This document shows positions 28,681-39,778 of a stretch of 64,000 nt of DNA, one piece after another (within the stretch, counting starts at the first letter, position 1; each line of letters opens with the position of its first letter). The translations under genes and the position numbers were made by a program. The DNA comes from an uncultured Planctomycetota bacterium (GTDB lineage Bacteria > Planctomycetota > Planctomycetia > Pirellulales > Lacipirellulaceae). The DNA is taken from NCBI GenBank assembly GCA_963719315.1, contig CAVRBU010000002.1, positions 736,001 through 800,000 on the forward strand, given 5' to 3'. The notes beneath the pieces were generated by a model. That model was not told the DNA's origin. It did no database searches and was given only the letters and a program-made list of their open reading frames with translations.

Positions 28681-29504
28681 ATGGCCCGCAAGGTTCGAAT
28701 CGCCGCGGTTGGCAGCGTGGTTGTTACGGCTTTGCTCGTAGCGATCCTCGGCGGCGCTATTACGCCGCGCGGCAGGTTCGACCGTTCTACGAGCAAGCAT
28801 TGCAGATCGAGCCGGAAGTACTCGAGCGCGGCAGTCGCGAGCTGGAAAGCCGCGCGACGGCCCTCTACAGCGACGTGAAGCAAGCCGGCCGCTGGCAGGC
28901 GTTGTTCACAGCCGAGCAGATCAACGGCTGGCTCGCGATGCAAGTTTCGCAAAATTCGGGCAATGAATTGCCAACAACTATCCGCGACCCGCGTGTGGCG
29001 ATCGGCCACGACGAGTTGACGCTCGGCTTTCGCACGACATCGGGCGGCATGGAAACCGTTATTTCAGTCGATGCGGCCGCGTCGCTAACGGATGATGGGG
29101 CGGTGGCGATCCGCTTGATTTCCGTGCGAGCGGGCGCGTTGCCGTTACCCGTGCTTCAATTGGCCGACGAACTGGCGGGCGCGTGCCAAAAATTGAAACT
29201 CCCCGTGCGATGGACTCGTCAGGATGGCAAACCGGTGGCACTCGTTGAAATTCAAGCGTCCGAACCGGTGTACGTCGACGCTATTCAATTGGACGAAGGC
29301 CAACTTTACGTGGCCGGGCATACGGAATCGGACAGAGGCAACGAAACCGCATCGAATTCGGCGAGCGGTTCACATTCGGCCGGCGACGACGGCATGGACA
29401 AATTCGAATTGCGCCTGACGCCGCAGAACGAGCAGGCGGCCCTGGAAATCGCGCGACGGCCAGCGGCCACTAAAGCCGACAAGGACGATTCGGCGGCGCA
29501 TTAG
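28681..29504 (+). CDS. Membrane-anchored hypothetical protein, frameshifted near 28757
   Basis: MARKVRIAAV...ILGGA continues as YYAARQVRPFYEQAL in another frame. Confidence 0.75.
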
Positions 29505-29540
29505 ATTAGACTCGTACGCGCTTTGCGCGGTAGCAGAAGT

Positions 29541-29604
29541 GTAGCTGAACTCGCAAGAGTTCAGTCCTGCTCGCGGAAATCTGAATTCTTGTGAATTCAG
29601 CTAC
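29541..29604. repeat. GTAG REP-like doublet (single related copy at 36675-36698)
   Basis: GTAG-CTGAACTC-GCAA-GAGTTCAG ... CTGAATTC-TTGT-GAATTCAG-CTAC. Confidence 0.85.
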
Positions 29605-30028
29605 TCGTCAGTATCCAGCGCGTTCCATCTTCATCCGAACGATTGATTCGAAATTGACCTGTTGCACCGTCGCCCGCGAGCGAAAGTTGCCAACACGTCG
29701 GCGTTTCAGACTCACTCGCATATCTTCCGGCCGCCACGCGAATCACGCGGCCGCGATCGTCGCTCAGTTCGCCCTCGAAGTCGAGGTAGTCGCGACGATG
29801 GTTGCCGAGCTGTTCGGCCATGACCTCATTGCCGCTCGTTAGCGGTGGACAATGTGGATAACGCTCAACGGTGCGGGCGTGGGCGACATGCCATTCGCGC
29901 GGCAAGTTTTCGAGCGCCCAGGTCCGCAGGGTGTCGCCCGACTCCAGCATGAGATCCCAATGCGACGGCCGGGCGGATTGCGGCGGACAATCGTGATAGA
30001 GCAGTACAAAGTGGGGCATTCCGGCCAT
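29597..30028 (-). CDS. Stand-alone LigD N-terminal (phosphoesterase-like) domain protein
   Basis: FVLLYH, HWDLMLE...LRTW, HRRDYLDFEG. Confidence 0.7.
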   Translation of the reverse strand: MAGMPHFVLLYHDCPPQSARPSHWDLMLESGDTLRTWALENLPREWHVAHARTVERYPHCPPLTSGNEVMAEQLGNHRRDYLDFEGELSDDRGRVIRVAAGRYASESETPTCWQLSLAGDGATGQFRINRSDEDGTRWILTSS

Positions 30029-30045
30029 TCTAGCCGAACGCCGCG

Positions 30046-32586
30046 TCAGGGAGATGCCCCAAGAATGTCGATTGGGTCGGAGTCGACGGTCTTCGGCGTC
30101 GTCAGACTACTCGCCGCGACCTGAGCGCTGGCCTGCACCTTACCCGTACGATTGGGCGTGACGGGTACCACATATTGCTTCTGTTGGCCCGGTTGTAGCT
30201 CGGAGATTGGCGCGAAGCGTATTTCCTGACCGAGCACGGTGGCTTCGGACTGCGGTTGGATGCTCGTTGGATCAACCGTCAGCTCTTGCGGGAGCAGGAT
30301 ACGCGTCGCAACCTGACGCTCAACCTGTTGGCCGGCATTTGCAACTGTAACATTGATGACTTGCTTCTGGCCGACTCGGCCAGGATTGGAATTCGTTGAG
30401 ACGGACAGTCGCAAATCGATGGCGGGCGCGACGGCAGCGCCTCCGCCGGGCGTGGCTCCTGTAAGCAGCGGCAGAATCTCGAAGCAAGTTTCATCTGCAA
30501 CGGTCAGGCCGCCGTCTGCAGATAGAAGGAAACGAACGCACGCTTTGTTACTCGCCGCTCTGCACAAAGCGGCAATGCCAAATGTTCGCCGTTCACCCGG
30601 TTCGAGCCGATCGATGCGGAGCAAGATGCCGCCGTCCGCCAATAATTCGTGTCCCTCGCCTGCACCAACCGGCTGCAGCGATTCATTGCAGCGCGCGACA
30701 ATCTCAATATTGGTTGCTGCGACTTCGCCCGTATTCTTAATGACCGCATTGACCTTCGCGGTTTCGCCTATGATCTGTCTCACTGGACCGTTCGCATTAA
30801 CCGTCAATGATGCTTGCTGCGCAGTGACGCATCCATGCTGAGTTACGGGGTCGGCGCCGTCAGCCGTGACGGTAACGTCGTGGCATTGCATGCCGGCGTC
30901 AACGACTCGAAAAGTAAGCGGCGTCGAATCCGTTTCATTGGGCTGCAGGTCGCGCATGCCTAAGTATTCGACGTGATACACGCCGGCGGCCGCGGCCGGG
31001 TGCCGCAAGCCGCGATCAAAGGTGTCACCGATTTTTATGTGCCGCGCAACGCCGTCGCCGCGATTGGTCACGGTGAGCAAAAATGTTACATTTTGACCAA
31101 CCGCAACTTGCTTCGGTTCAGCGGCGCCTAAGGTCACTTCGAGCCGCGGTTTGCCAGTTGCCGCGGCGGGAGGTGTATACGGATTGGGCGGCGGAGCGGG
31201 CGCGGGCGACGCTACGTTTGGCGCCGGCGCGGGTTGGGACACTGCGGGTGGAAGTGCAGGAGGCGGGCCAAAGGTGGAGGGCGGCGCCGGCAATGCGAGT
31301 GGCGTGCCAGGTGCAACGGGTCCTGTCGGCAGCGCGGGAACTCCAACCGCAGGGGCGACGGCCGCGCCCCAAGTGATCGTAGTCGCCGCGCGGCCGAGTT
31401 CGAGCCGCTGCATGGGAATGGGGCCGGCCGTCGCTGGTCGAATGATCGTGATGCCAACGTTTGTCACGCCGCCCGCCGCATTTTTCGGGCTGACCTCAAC
31501 GCTCGCCCGGCCGGCCGCGTCGGTGGTCGATTCGACCGAGTTGCCGCCTTCGTAGCCCAGCGCGGCGCCGCCGGCGACGTCGTACCGCACAATCCAGCCG
31601 GCGAGGGGCGCGCCGTCGGTCCGTCGCATGACGTTCGTGGTGAGCGCGTGCGGCCGCCCTGCCTCGGCTGCAGCCGTCTGCGTGAAAACCCATTGGGCGT
31701 CAATCCACTGAATGGTTGCGGTCGCTTGGTTGTATTGGCTGAGCCACGGTGCATTGGCCGTGACGACGGTCGTGCCTTCAGACGGAGATGAGAGCGTCAC
31801 CCAAGCTTCGCCACGAAGAATGGGGATGTCGTCATTCGGATCGGGCGTCGCTGTGTTGAGCGTAATCGGCACCACCGCAGTGCTAGATATTGCCGACCAG
31901 TCGTCGATTTTGTGCGGTACTTCGAGCAGGCCCAAAAGCTGCCCGCGGTCGCGGAAGCCCATCTCGGTAAATTGGCCGACGCTGTTGGCAGCGATCGACC
32001 AATCGATGCGCTGGTTGGCCCGTAAACGGCCATCACCACTCAAAATACTGGCTTTGAGCAGCATCTCACTGCCGACAGGTGCGATCAGCGTCATCGGCAT
32101 GATTTGCAGATGTTCGGCGCCATACGGAACGAGCACTGCAGCCGGGATCACGGGAGTCGGCGCAATGCCAGGCGGCGGAAGCGGCAACGCGGGAGCCACG
32201 CCGGAAACTGGGGCAGCTGGAATTACGGGGGCCGGCGTTGAGGCAACAGGCGGCGCAACCGGAATGGGAGTCATGGCGGGATCGGAATAGACCGGAGGCG
32301 CAAGCACGTTGCCAAATGGCGCCGACGGATAAACCGACTGGAGCGGCTGAACAAAACGCGGTGCGACCGGCGGCGGGACCACAATCGGAGCGCCTGCAAC
32401 TGGGGCCGGCCCCAAAATCGTCGGAGGCGGCGGAATCGTCGGCGATTCGCCGGGCCAAAGTAGAAGTCGTTCGCCGGTCGGATCGATTCGCGGACCTTGC
32501 CATGTCGCGCAGCCGGAACTAATCGTCGCACAGCACGCAAGTGCCAGCGCGAGCAATTTACTTCGCTTTGATGAATTCCGGAACAT
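30046..32586 (-). CDS. Large Pro-rich lipoprotein with DUF11/Ig-like repeats
   Basis: Lipobox ISSGC; repeated xVxNxG motifs (VTNRG, IKNTG, VANAG). Confidence 0.8.
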   Translation of the reverse strand: MFRNSSKRSKLLALALACCATISSGCATWQGPRIDPTGERLLLWPGESPTIPPPPTILGPAPVAGAPIVVPPPVAPRFVQPLQSVYPSAPFGNVLAPPVYSDPAMTPIPVAPPVASTPAPVIPAAPVSGVAPALPLPPPGIAPTPVIPAAVLVPYGAEHLQIMPMTLIAPVGSEMLLKASILSGDGRLRANQRIDWSIAANSVGQFTEMGFRDRGQLLGLLEVPHKIDDWSAISSTAVVPITLNTATPDPNDDIPILRGEAWVTLSSPSEGTTVVTANAPWLSQYNQATATIQWIDAQWVFTQTAAAEAGRPHALTTNVMRRTDGAPLAGWIVRYDVAGGAALGYEGGNSVESTTDAAGRASVEVSPKNAAGGVTNVGITIIRPATAGPIPMQRLELGRAATTITWGAAVAPAVGVPALPTGPVAPGTPLALPAPPSTFGPPPALPPAVSQPAPAPNVASPAPAPPPNPYTPPAAATGKPRLEVTLGAAEPKQVAVGQNVTFLLTVTNRGDGVARHIKIGDTFDRGLRHPAAAAGVYHVEYLGMRDLQPNETDSTPLTFRVVDAGMQCHDVTVTADGADPVTQHGCVTAQQASLTVNANGPVRQIIGETAKVNAVIKNTGEVAATNIEIVARCNESLQPVGAGEGHELLADGGILLRIDRLEPGERRTFGIAALCRAASNKACVRFLLSADGGLTVADETCFEILPLLTGATPGGGAAVAPAIDLRLSVSTNSNPGRVGQKQVINVTVANAGQQVERQVATRILLPQELTVDPTSIQPQSEATVLGQEIRFAPISELQPGQQKQYVVPVTPNRTGKVQASAQVAASSLTTPKTVDSDPIDILGASP

Positions 32587-32830
32587 CAGGACGAACCGAA
32601 GGTTCCTGCGGCAATGGCGGGCCTGAGCGCATCAGCGTTCGCCGCGAGCAGTGGAGTGCGGGCATGCTGGTAAAATGATTGCGCGCCCGGCAACGCGCAC
32701 GGGGCGCGCAATCGACCAGCCTGTAAAAATGTACCGCCTGGGCGAGTTGATGTTGGCAAAACGCCACGCGTTTGTTGGCTTTTCTCACCACTAGGGTGGG
32801 ATCGCAACGGTGGCGCCGATTGTCCCGGTT

Positions 32831-32913
32831 CGTCGTGGGTCACCCGACCCCGCCCAAAACGCCGACCGCCAGGTCTCACCTCCGGTCGGGTGTCAGGAGA
32901 CCCTCGCACAACC
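32831..32913. repeat. REP-like repeat, GTCAGGAGACCCxCGCACAAC family (second copy at 61125-61173)
   Basis: Shared GTCAGGAGACCC(T/G)CGCACAAC end. Confidence 0.65.
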
Positions 32914-33092
32914 GGCGACAGCCCTTTCAGGAAGTGCCAACCAATGAAAACCGCCCAAAACGGGAATTTCTTGCTTTGACAAAGCGCGGGGATTAGCATG
33001 AAAGGAGCGGAGTTTCCCGAAAAAGTCGGCCTGCTGGCCACCCCGGTACTCTGCTCGGAACATCGCATATCGCTGCATACGAGGTAACTTCC

Positions 33093-34556
33093 ATGGCTCG
33101 GTTCGCTCATCGTACAGGCACTCTTGTGTCGCGGCTCTTTTGTTCGCTGCGGGCGCTGGCGGCCGGTTTGGTCTGTCTATTGGTAGTGCAACAAGTTGCA
33201 CAGGCTCAAATCGGTGGTGGTGGCGGTGGTGGCAACACAATCGGTGGTGGTCCGACGGCCGGTGTTGCGGTGGACGCCGATGGTGTGTTGCGGCGTGTGA
33301 TGGCCAACGATCCGACCGGCAATCTCGCGCGGCAACGCGCTCAGGAGGCGCTCTTAAAGCTCGATCGCAACGTGGCCCGTCGTAGCCCGTTGCGCAAAGT
33401 GTCGCTCACTCGACTGGAACGCATCATGAAGCAACGCCTAGCCGATGGGCGCGGCGTTGATGACACGATGCAACACCTGGCCGGCATCACGCGGCTCGAA
33501 TATGTATTCTGCTATCCGGAATCTGGCGACATTGTGATCGCTGGCCCAGCCGAAGCGTGGGGCCAAGCACCATCGGGCCGCATCCAAGGGATCGAAACCG
33601 GTCGCCCGGTCATTGAACTGCAAGATCTTGTCGTCGCGCTGCGAGCTTTTCCGCCCGGTGCGGACAACAAGAAGCCATTTATCTTTTGCTCGATTGATCC
33701 GACCGAAGAAGGACTCTCGAAGATGCACGAGTTCCTGCACGAACTCGGCGGTCGCATTGGTGATCCACGCAGGAACCCGGGTCAGGATCAATTCATCGTC
33801 AACGGATTGCGCGAGCGGCTTGGAATGCAAATCATCACTGTTGGCGGCATTTCGCCGAAGACCCATTTCGCCCAGGTCATGGTAGAGGCCGATTATCGAA
33901 TGAAGTTGATCGGTATCGGCCTGGAAGTTCCGCCCGTACACCTGACCAGCTACGTAGACCGGGCGAAGCCGTCGCAAGTCGCGAGCAACGCCCTGCAACG
34001 TTGGTACTTCGTGCCCAACTATCAGTGCGTTCGCGTAAGCGAAGATTCACTGGCCATGCAACTCGAAGGCGAAGGCGTGCGGCTCGTGGGCGAAGATGAA
34101 GTCGTGAGCAAAGACGGCAAACGCTCCAAGGCGGGCGGTCGAATCAATCAGGCTAGCGATTCGTTCGTGAAGGCGTTCACCAAGGTGTACCCCAAGCTGG
34201 CCGAGGCGGCGCCCGTGTATGCACAGCTTCGCAACTGCATCGATCTGGCCGTGGCCGCGGCGTTCATTCAACACCAGGACTACTACGACCTGGCCAAGTG
34301 GAAGCCCGAAACGCTGAGCAGCGAAACGGCGTTCCCCGTTGAAACCCTGAACCCACCGCAACAAGTCGAAACGGCTGTCAACGCCCTGTGGCGTGGCAAT
34401 ACGCTCGTGACGCCGATCGGCGGCGGCGTGCAAATGCGGCCGACTGAAGCGATTGACCCCACGAATTTGCTGGATGACGACGGCGCAAAGGTTAAAGACG
34501 CTCGTGCTGGAATCAATCTCTCGAAGCTTGCACCGGATCAATGGTGGTGGGATTAG
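33093..34556 (+). CDS. DUF1598 domain secreted protein
   Basis: GVAVDADGVL, LRKVSLTRLE, CSIDPT, VEADYRMKLIGIG, ends QWWWD. Confidence 0.85.
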   Translation: MARFAHRTGTLVSRLFCSLRALAAGLVCLLVVQQVAQAQIGGGGGGGNTIGGGPTAGVAVDADGVLRRVMANDPTGNLARQRAQEALLKLDRNVARRSPLRKVSLTRLERIMKQRLADGRGVDDTMQHLAGITRLEYVFCYPESGDIVIAGPAEAWGQAPSGRIQGIETGRPVIELQDLVVALRAFPPGADNKKPFIFCSIDPTEEGLSKMHEFLHELGGRIGDPRRNPGQDQFIVNGLRERLGMQIITVGGISPKTHFAQVMVEADYRMKLIGIGLEVPPVHLTSYVDRAKPSQVASNALQRWYFVPNYQCVRVSEDSLAMQLEGEGVRLVGEDEVVSKDGKRSKAGGRINQASDSFVKAFTKVYPKLAEAAPVYAQLRNCIDLAVAAAFIQHQDYYDLAKWKPETLSSETAFPVETLNPPQQVETAVNALWRGNTLVTPIGGGVQMRPTEAIDPTNLLDDDGAKVKDARAGINLSKLAPDQWWWD

Positions 34557-34628
34557 CGACTTTATTGTGGCCGGCGCGGGCGGCAAGTCGAGTTTGGCAA
34601 AGCCGCGGCAAATTGATAGATTGTGGAC

Positions 34629-34889
34629 ATGTCATACCAATTTCCGCCGGATCTTGATCAGCGTGTCAAAGCTCAGATGATCACGTTTGGCATGCCGAGC
34701 GAAGACGATGTGCTCCGTGCGGCGATGGACGCCTTGGAACAGTTCGAACAGGACAAGCTTCGCCGTTGGCAGACTGGAAACGAACTCGCTCTGCAGCAAA
34801 GCCGCGAAGGCCTCTCTGAATCGCTGGATCTCGACGCTCTGCTCATTCGGGTCGAAGAACGCATTGTGCAACAGTTCAAGGGAAAATGA
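34629..34889 (+). CDS. ParD-like antitoxin
   Basis: Small RHH-like protein (SEDDVLRAAMDAL) overlapping the toxin start (ATGA). Confidence 0.75.
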   Translation: MSYQFPPDLDQRVKAQMITFGMPSEDDVLRAAMDALEQFEQDKLRRWQTGNELALQQSREGLSESLDLDALLIRVEERIVQQFKGK

Positions 34890-35188
34890 TGGCGCGGACG
34901 GTATGGACACCGTTGGCCCAGCAAGAACTTGAAGACATCCTGTTCTACATTCGCGTGGCAGATGGCAGGCCATTGACATCTCGGCGGATCGGCGAAGAGC
35001 TTTGCGACGCGTTGGATCGCCAAGCCACAAAGCCGCTAACTGGTTCAGGCCATCCTGCTGCACCGGAGGATTGGCTGTACGTCAGATTCAAACGCTGGCT
35101 CATCTTTTACGTTCCACTTCCAGACGGCATTGAAGTCATGCGCGTCGTCGATGCAGTGCGAGACTTGCCTCCGCTATTCGACGAGTAG
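34886..35188 (+). CDS. RelE/ParE-family toxin
   Basis: WTPLAQQELEDI, WLIFYVP, IEVMRVVDAVRDL. Confidence 0.85.
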   Translation: MMARTVWTPLAQQELEDILFYIRVADGRPLTSRRIGEELCDALDRQATKPLTGSGHPAAPEDWLYVRFKRWLIFYVPLPDGIEVMRVVDAVRDLPPLFDE

Positions 35189-35207
35189 AAATACGACTTA
35201 GGTTCGG

Positions 35208-36586
35208 TCACGTCTTCCATTCATCCCGTCTGACAGAGACGACTCTTAAGTCGCACACGTTGGTGTGCGTCGGGCCAGTGATGAAAAGGCCGCCGGCATG
35301 TTGGAAGAAGCGGTAGGCGTCGTTGCGCAAGGAAATCGAGGGGATCAAGCTGCCGTTTGCGAGCGGAGCGGACCGCGTCAACGGTGACAAAAGCCCCGGC
35401 CGCGTCGGTCGGGCCGTCTTCTCCGTCGGTGCCGGCGGAGAGTAGAGCAATATCGTGACAGTCACCGAGCAAGGCAAGCGCCGCGAGGGCGAGTTGTAGA
35501 TTGCGTCCGCCATTACCGCGGATGCTTTCGTCCACCAACGTCACGGTCGGCTCACCGCCGGAGATCAGACAATTGGGGCCGGGTTCGTCGCGCATCCGCA
35601 GTGCCATTTGGGCCAAGTGGCGTCCGACCTCTTCGGCCGTCCCCTCCGACTGTTTGGCGGCGATCATCGCGTGCGAGTAACCGAGTCGCTCGGCTTCGAC
35701 GCCAGCCGCATCAACGGCAGACGCGTTGTTGGCGAGGATATGGTGAGTGACGACAAAACCGCCAGCGTCCCCGAGGCGCGGTCGCTCGTGCGGCTCCGCC
35801 GTCTGTTTCTTGAGAAATCGAACAATGTTGGCGATTGAGGGATCGGTCGCCAGCAACATTCGTTGGAGAACGGCCAGCGCATCGGCTGGCGTAGTGTTGC
35901 TTTCGAGAGTCGGACCGGATGCGATGATGTCGAGCCGGTCGCCAAGCACGTCTGAAATCACGAGCGTAACAAGCCGGCCGGCGCGGCAGGCGCGGGCGAG
36001 CCCTCCGCCCTTCACCGCGCTCACCTTGCTGCGGACTATGTTGAGCTGCTCTATATTTGCGCCCCTCGCACTTAGTAGCTGCGTCAAGCGAATCTTTTCA
36101 GAGAGTGAAACCTCTGGAACGGGCGCCGGCATCAACGCCGACCCGCCGCCGGTCAGCAAGCAGAGACATAAGTCGCGGGGGCGAAGGGCGGAAACGATTT
36201 CGAGAATGTGGCGCGTGCCCTCGACGCCCTCAGGTCGCGGTTCATTGACGCCAGCCGGACGGGCCGCATGAAGTTTCACGCGCGCGGCCTGCGCGACGCA
36301 ATCCGCCGGCACGTTAATCCAACCAACAACTTGCTTCGCTGCCAAAATCCGCGGGCCCAGGACGGTTTCGAGTGCAATCGCCATCGCGCCGGCTGCTTTG
36401 CCCGCACCGACGATCGCGATGCGCTCGATCGAGCGAAGATCGATCGACTCGTCGTCGACCAACAACCGGTCACCGTCAACATGAACGTGTTCCGGGATCA
36501 ACAGCTCCGGTAAAACCGCGGCGACACCGGATCGCCAGATTCGCTCGAACGTCGGCGCGAAGCTTTTCCGTAGAAGAAGAACTCAT
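35208..36586 (-). CDS. Glycerate 2-kinase (GckA/TtuD, MOFRL domain); frameshifts near 36548 and 35325
   Basis: VGAGKAA, LTGGGSAL, VKGGGL, GGEPTV, GGRN, GTDGEDG; the C-terminal NDAYRFF...TGPTHTNVCD lies in a different frame. Confidence 0.9.
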
Positions 36587-36699
36587 CGATCAAACCGGCA
36601 AAGAAGAACGGACGCGGCGACAGGCATGGTGCCCGACAGCAGATATTATAGATTGCATGGCACACTGCACCGGGCTAAATATTTGCGAATTCAGCTACA

Positions 36700-39483
36700 T
36701 CACCGCGAATTCGTGCTCGGCGGGTTCGCGGAACCTGCACCCGCTATTTCCGGTAGCCGACGAGCGATAGGCTGCTGCAGCGTACGGACCATTACGGCGT
36801 CAATCTTGGCCGCCCCTAACCCCATGAGTGCGAATGTGAGGCGCAGCTCGGTCGATTTCGGCACGGCGCGAATCATGCGGAACGATTGCCAACTTGAAGC
36901 TTCATGGACGACGAGCGATAGTTCCGGCCCACCGAGCGTATCGACGATGGCCAATCCACCGCCGGTCGGACCGAATGGCTTTTCGATGCGGACCCAACCG
37001 GTGATTTCCACCAGTTTCCCGGCATCGACCGGCACACCGGGCGATACGATCCACACGAGCGGGTCGTAAGCGGCCGCCGATTGCTTGTTTGCTGGGGCGA
37101 CGGCTTGCAACTCCAGACAGTACGTGCCGTGCTGCGGGCCATCGGCAGATAGCTCGGCGTGGGTCGCGGCGCCAGCGCTCGCATGCACGACGTGCTGCCA
37201 GCCGAATTGAGTCATTTCGCCAAGGTTTTCCAAATCTCCACCAGCGAGCAGGTTTTCGCCGACGCGGAGGTTATCGAGCGAGCGTTCGAGGGCGACGAAG
37301 TCAATGAGGCGATCATAAGAGAGGCCGAGCGCGTTACTCGAGAGGCCCGATGCCACGATAGCGATCTGTCGCTGCTCGGCGACCATGCGGCGCGAGTCGG
37401 CGTTCGCAGCGGCGACCAATGCCTGCGCCTGTTCGAGTTGACCGGACGTCATCAGCGCGTCTAATTGTGCTAGCCGCGCGTTCACCGTGGCGGCATCGTT
37501 GGCACTAAGTTTTGAACTGAGTCCGAGTTGAGTCAACCGCTGATCTGTTTGAAAAACCGCTTGGGCTCGTGAAACGGCGAGATCGCGCTCCAGGCGCACG
37601 ATCTGGGAGCCGTGGCGTGCTATGTGTTGACGCAAGCTTTGCACGACCTTGGGATCTTCCGTAATCACAATGAAGCCATCGTTACCTGTGGGCGTCGAAA
37701 TCCTCGTGCCGCCGGCGATTCTTTCCGATGTCAATGACCGCATCGAAATCGGCGTAACGAAGTAAGTCTGACTCGACTCGGAAACGCCGGGCACTACAAA
37801 TGTCAGTTCTTTAGCGGCCGGTCGGTTGCCGGTGAGAAGTGCTGACTTTTCGGCATCCTCGGCTTGAAGAATCAGCAACCGCGCACGATCGACGTGCATA
37901 ACGGCGGCCGTGACGGCATTATTGGTCGATGTAACGTAAGACACGACCTTTCCGCCTGCCAACCAAGGCTCCATCAGTTGCAAGCGGCGATTGAGCAGTT
38001 CAACCGCCGTAACGCGGGTTCTCGTCGCTGGATCTGATTCGCTCAACGGCGAGCTCGATTGGAACATGTACCCTCGTGCGCCACAGGTGCCGGCAATTTG
38101 CAGGAGCGATTCAAGCTGCTCCGAATCCACGGCCGGCGACGGCCCTGTCGCGTGCGCGAGCGCATTTGCTTGCACGTGCACGGCCTCGCCGAATTGTGTG
38201 TTGAGAGTTACCCACAGCGGCATACCCGGTTGGGCCAATTGGCGTCGGCTTTCCAACCATGCTTCGTACTCAGGTCCCGTTGTTACGCTGATGCGTGAGT
38301 TCCGCGCGATTAGGATATCGGCAAATTTGCTCGCGGCGCCCCAGTTGGCATCCGGAACGATGAGGATCGGCCTGCCGTAAACGACATCGTTCTCGCGGAC
38401 AAGTTCCGCCCAACGCTGCGCGTAGTTCGGATCGGCTTCGAGTGCGTCGTCGTCCAGATACCAGGCCAAGACTCGGTCGCCGACTGCTCCCAACCCACCT
38501 TGCGCGAGCGTTTCGGGCCGCGGCGGTGTGCACACGAACCATAATCCGTACCGCTGGGCGTCGGCGGTCTGCTGTGGATTGGGAGACGTTTGCAATTTGA
38601 TGGCGTTGAACCCGCGTTCCGCAAGGAATTTCAATGGCTCGCCATTCCACTCGATGACGCGCGGCAAGAACGGCCTGCCTTCGACTATAAGCGTGGAACC
38701 TTGAAGCCGCACTGGCGAGGAGCGGTCGCCGGTCGGAGTGCCGTCGTCGTTGAAACCAGCTTGGAGAACCTGTGCAGCGGATCGCGGCGCAGGACCGCGG
38801 CCTTTCCCTATCTTGGTATCAACTTTTGTCGTGGTCGGTTTGATTTCGGAGGGCGGCGTTACGATTACGCCTTCCACTTCGAGTTGGTCAGTCTCGACCT
38901 CAAACCCCTTTGGGTCGCCTGGCACGAAGAGCACGACCGATTCGAGATACGCCTCGTGGGCATCGATTGCCGCGCCGGGCGTCGCGCGCATGATGCGAAC
39001 CTGTGCAGCCAGGAGTTTGGGTACTTCGGAAATGACGAGCTCCTGCCAGTGGCCGGGCCGTTTGTATGCCGTGCCTTTTACGATCGCCGTGGCCATCGTG
39101 TGGTTTTTGGGGTCGCGCGAGCGAGGCAGGCTGATGCGGGCGGCGAGTTGAACATCGGGTCGCGCGGATTTGACCCACAGCCGAACTTGCAGTTCGTCGA
39201 GTGCGGCGACGGGCGGCGTTGGGCATTCCAATAACACCGATTGTCCCGCCGTGGCCGCGACCGTCACGTGCTCAATGCCGCCCTGGTCGCGGGCGCCGCC
39301 GGGAAGGCAATCGTGCGCCATTACCTCCGACGGCACGCCATTGTCGAGCACTTTCCAGACGTTCTCGGGGCCGTTGAATGTGCAGGTGAAGGCTGGCTCT
39401 GCTCGCAACTCCGCAGCGGCACAGTGAGCGGCGAGAATCGCGACTGCGAAAACCTGCCAGGCATGATGGCAGCGATAAGACAT
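36700..39483 (-). CDS. Large secreted hypothetical protein (start uncertain)
   Basis: Over 900 aa open frame, signal-like N-terminus, C-terminal carbohydrate-binding-like beta domain (ENLLAGGD). Confidence 0.8.
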   Translation of the reverse strand: MSYRCHHAWQVFAVAILAAHCAAAELRAEPAFTCTFNGPENVWKVLDNGVPSEVMAHDCLPGGARDQGGIEHVTVAATAGQSVLLECPTPPVAALDELQVRLWVKSARPDVQLAARISLPRSRDPKNHTMATAIVKGTAYKRPGHWQELVISEVPKLLAAQVRIMRATPGAAIDAHEAYLESVVLFVPGDPKGFEVETDQLEVEGVIVTPPSEIKPTTTKVDTKIGKGRGPAPRSAAQVLQAGFNDDGTPTGDRSSPVRLQGSTLIVEGRPFLPRVIEWNGEPLKFLAERGFNAIKLQTSPNPQQTADAQRYGLWFVCTPPRPETLAQGGLGAVGDRVLAWYLDDDALEADPNYAQRWAELVRENDVVYGRPILIVPDANWGAASKFADILIARNSRISVTTGPEYEAWLESRRQLAQPGMPLWVTLNTQFGEAVHVQANALAHATGPSPAVDSEQLESLLQIAGTCGARGYMFQSSSPLSESDPATRTRVTAVELLNRRLQLMEPWLAGGKVVSYVTSTNNAVTAAVMHVDRARLLILQAEDAEKSALLTGNRPAAKELTFVVPGVSESSQTYFVTPISMRSLTSERIAGGTRISTPTGNDGFIVITEDPKVVQSLRQHIARHGSQIVRLERDLAVSRAQAVFQTDQRLTQLGLSSKLSANDAATVNARLAQLDALMTSGQLEQAQALVAAANADSRRMVAEQRQIAIVASGLSSNALGLSYDRLIDFVALERSLDNLRVGENLLAGGDLENLGEMTQFGWQHVVHASAGAATHAELSADGPQHGTYCLELQAVAPANKQSAAAYDPLVWIVSPGVPVDAGKLVEITGWVRIEKPFGPTGGGLAIVDTLGGPELSLVVHEASSWQSFRMIRAVPKSTELRLTFALMGLGAAKIDAVMVRTLQQPIARRLPEIAGAGSANPPSTNSR

Positions 39484-39778
39484 GTCAGATGGCCGGATTG
39501 CGGAAACGCGGCAACTGTCGTGTTGCCCAAACACAACGTGCTGGCCGAGCGTGGAAATCGTTCTAAAGTGGGCTTCTATCAGCATTTCCGACGCACGGCC
39601 AGGGCACTCGTAGCATGCACGCATCATCCGGGCGGTTCGCAAGTTCCTCGCTGTCAAGTTGTTGAACGATTGCAAGTTGTTTCCTTATAATCAGTTAAGC
39701 AGAATCGAGGGTTTCCGGCCGGCGGCGGTGGCGCGGGGTGTGCATTTAGGCACGGCATCACCACCTGGAGTTGCAGCG

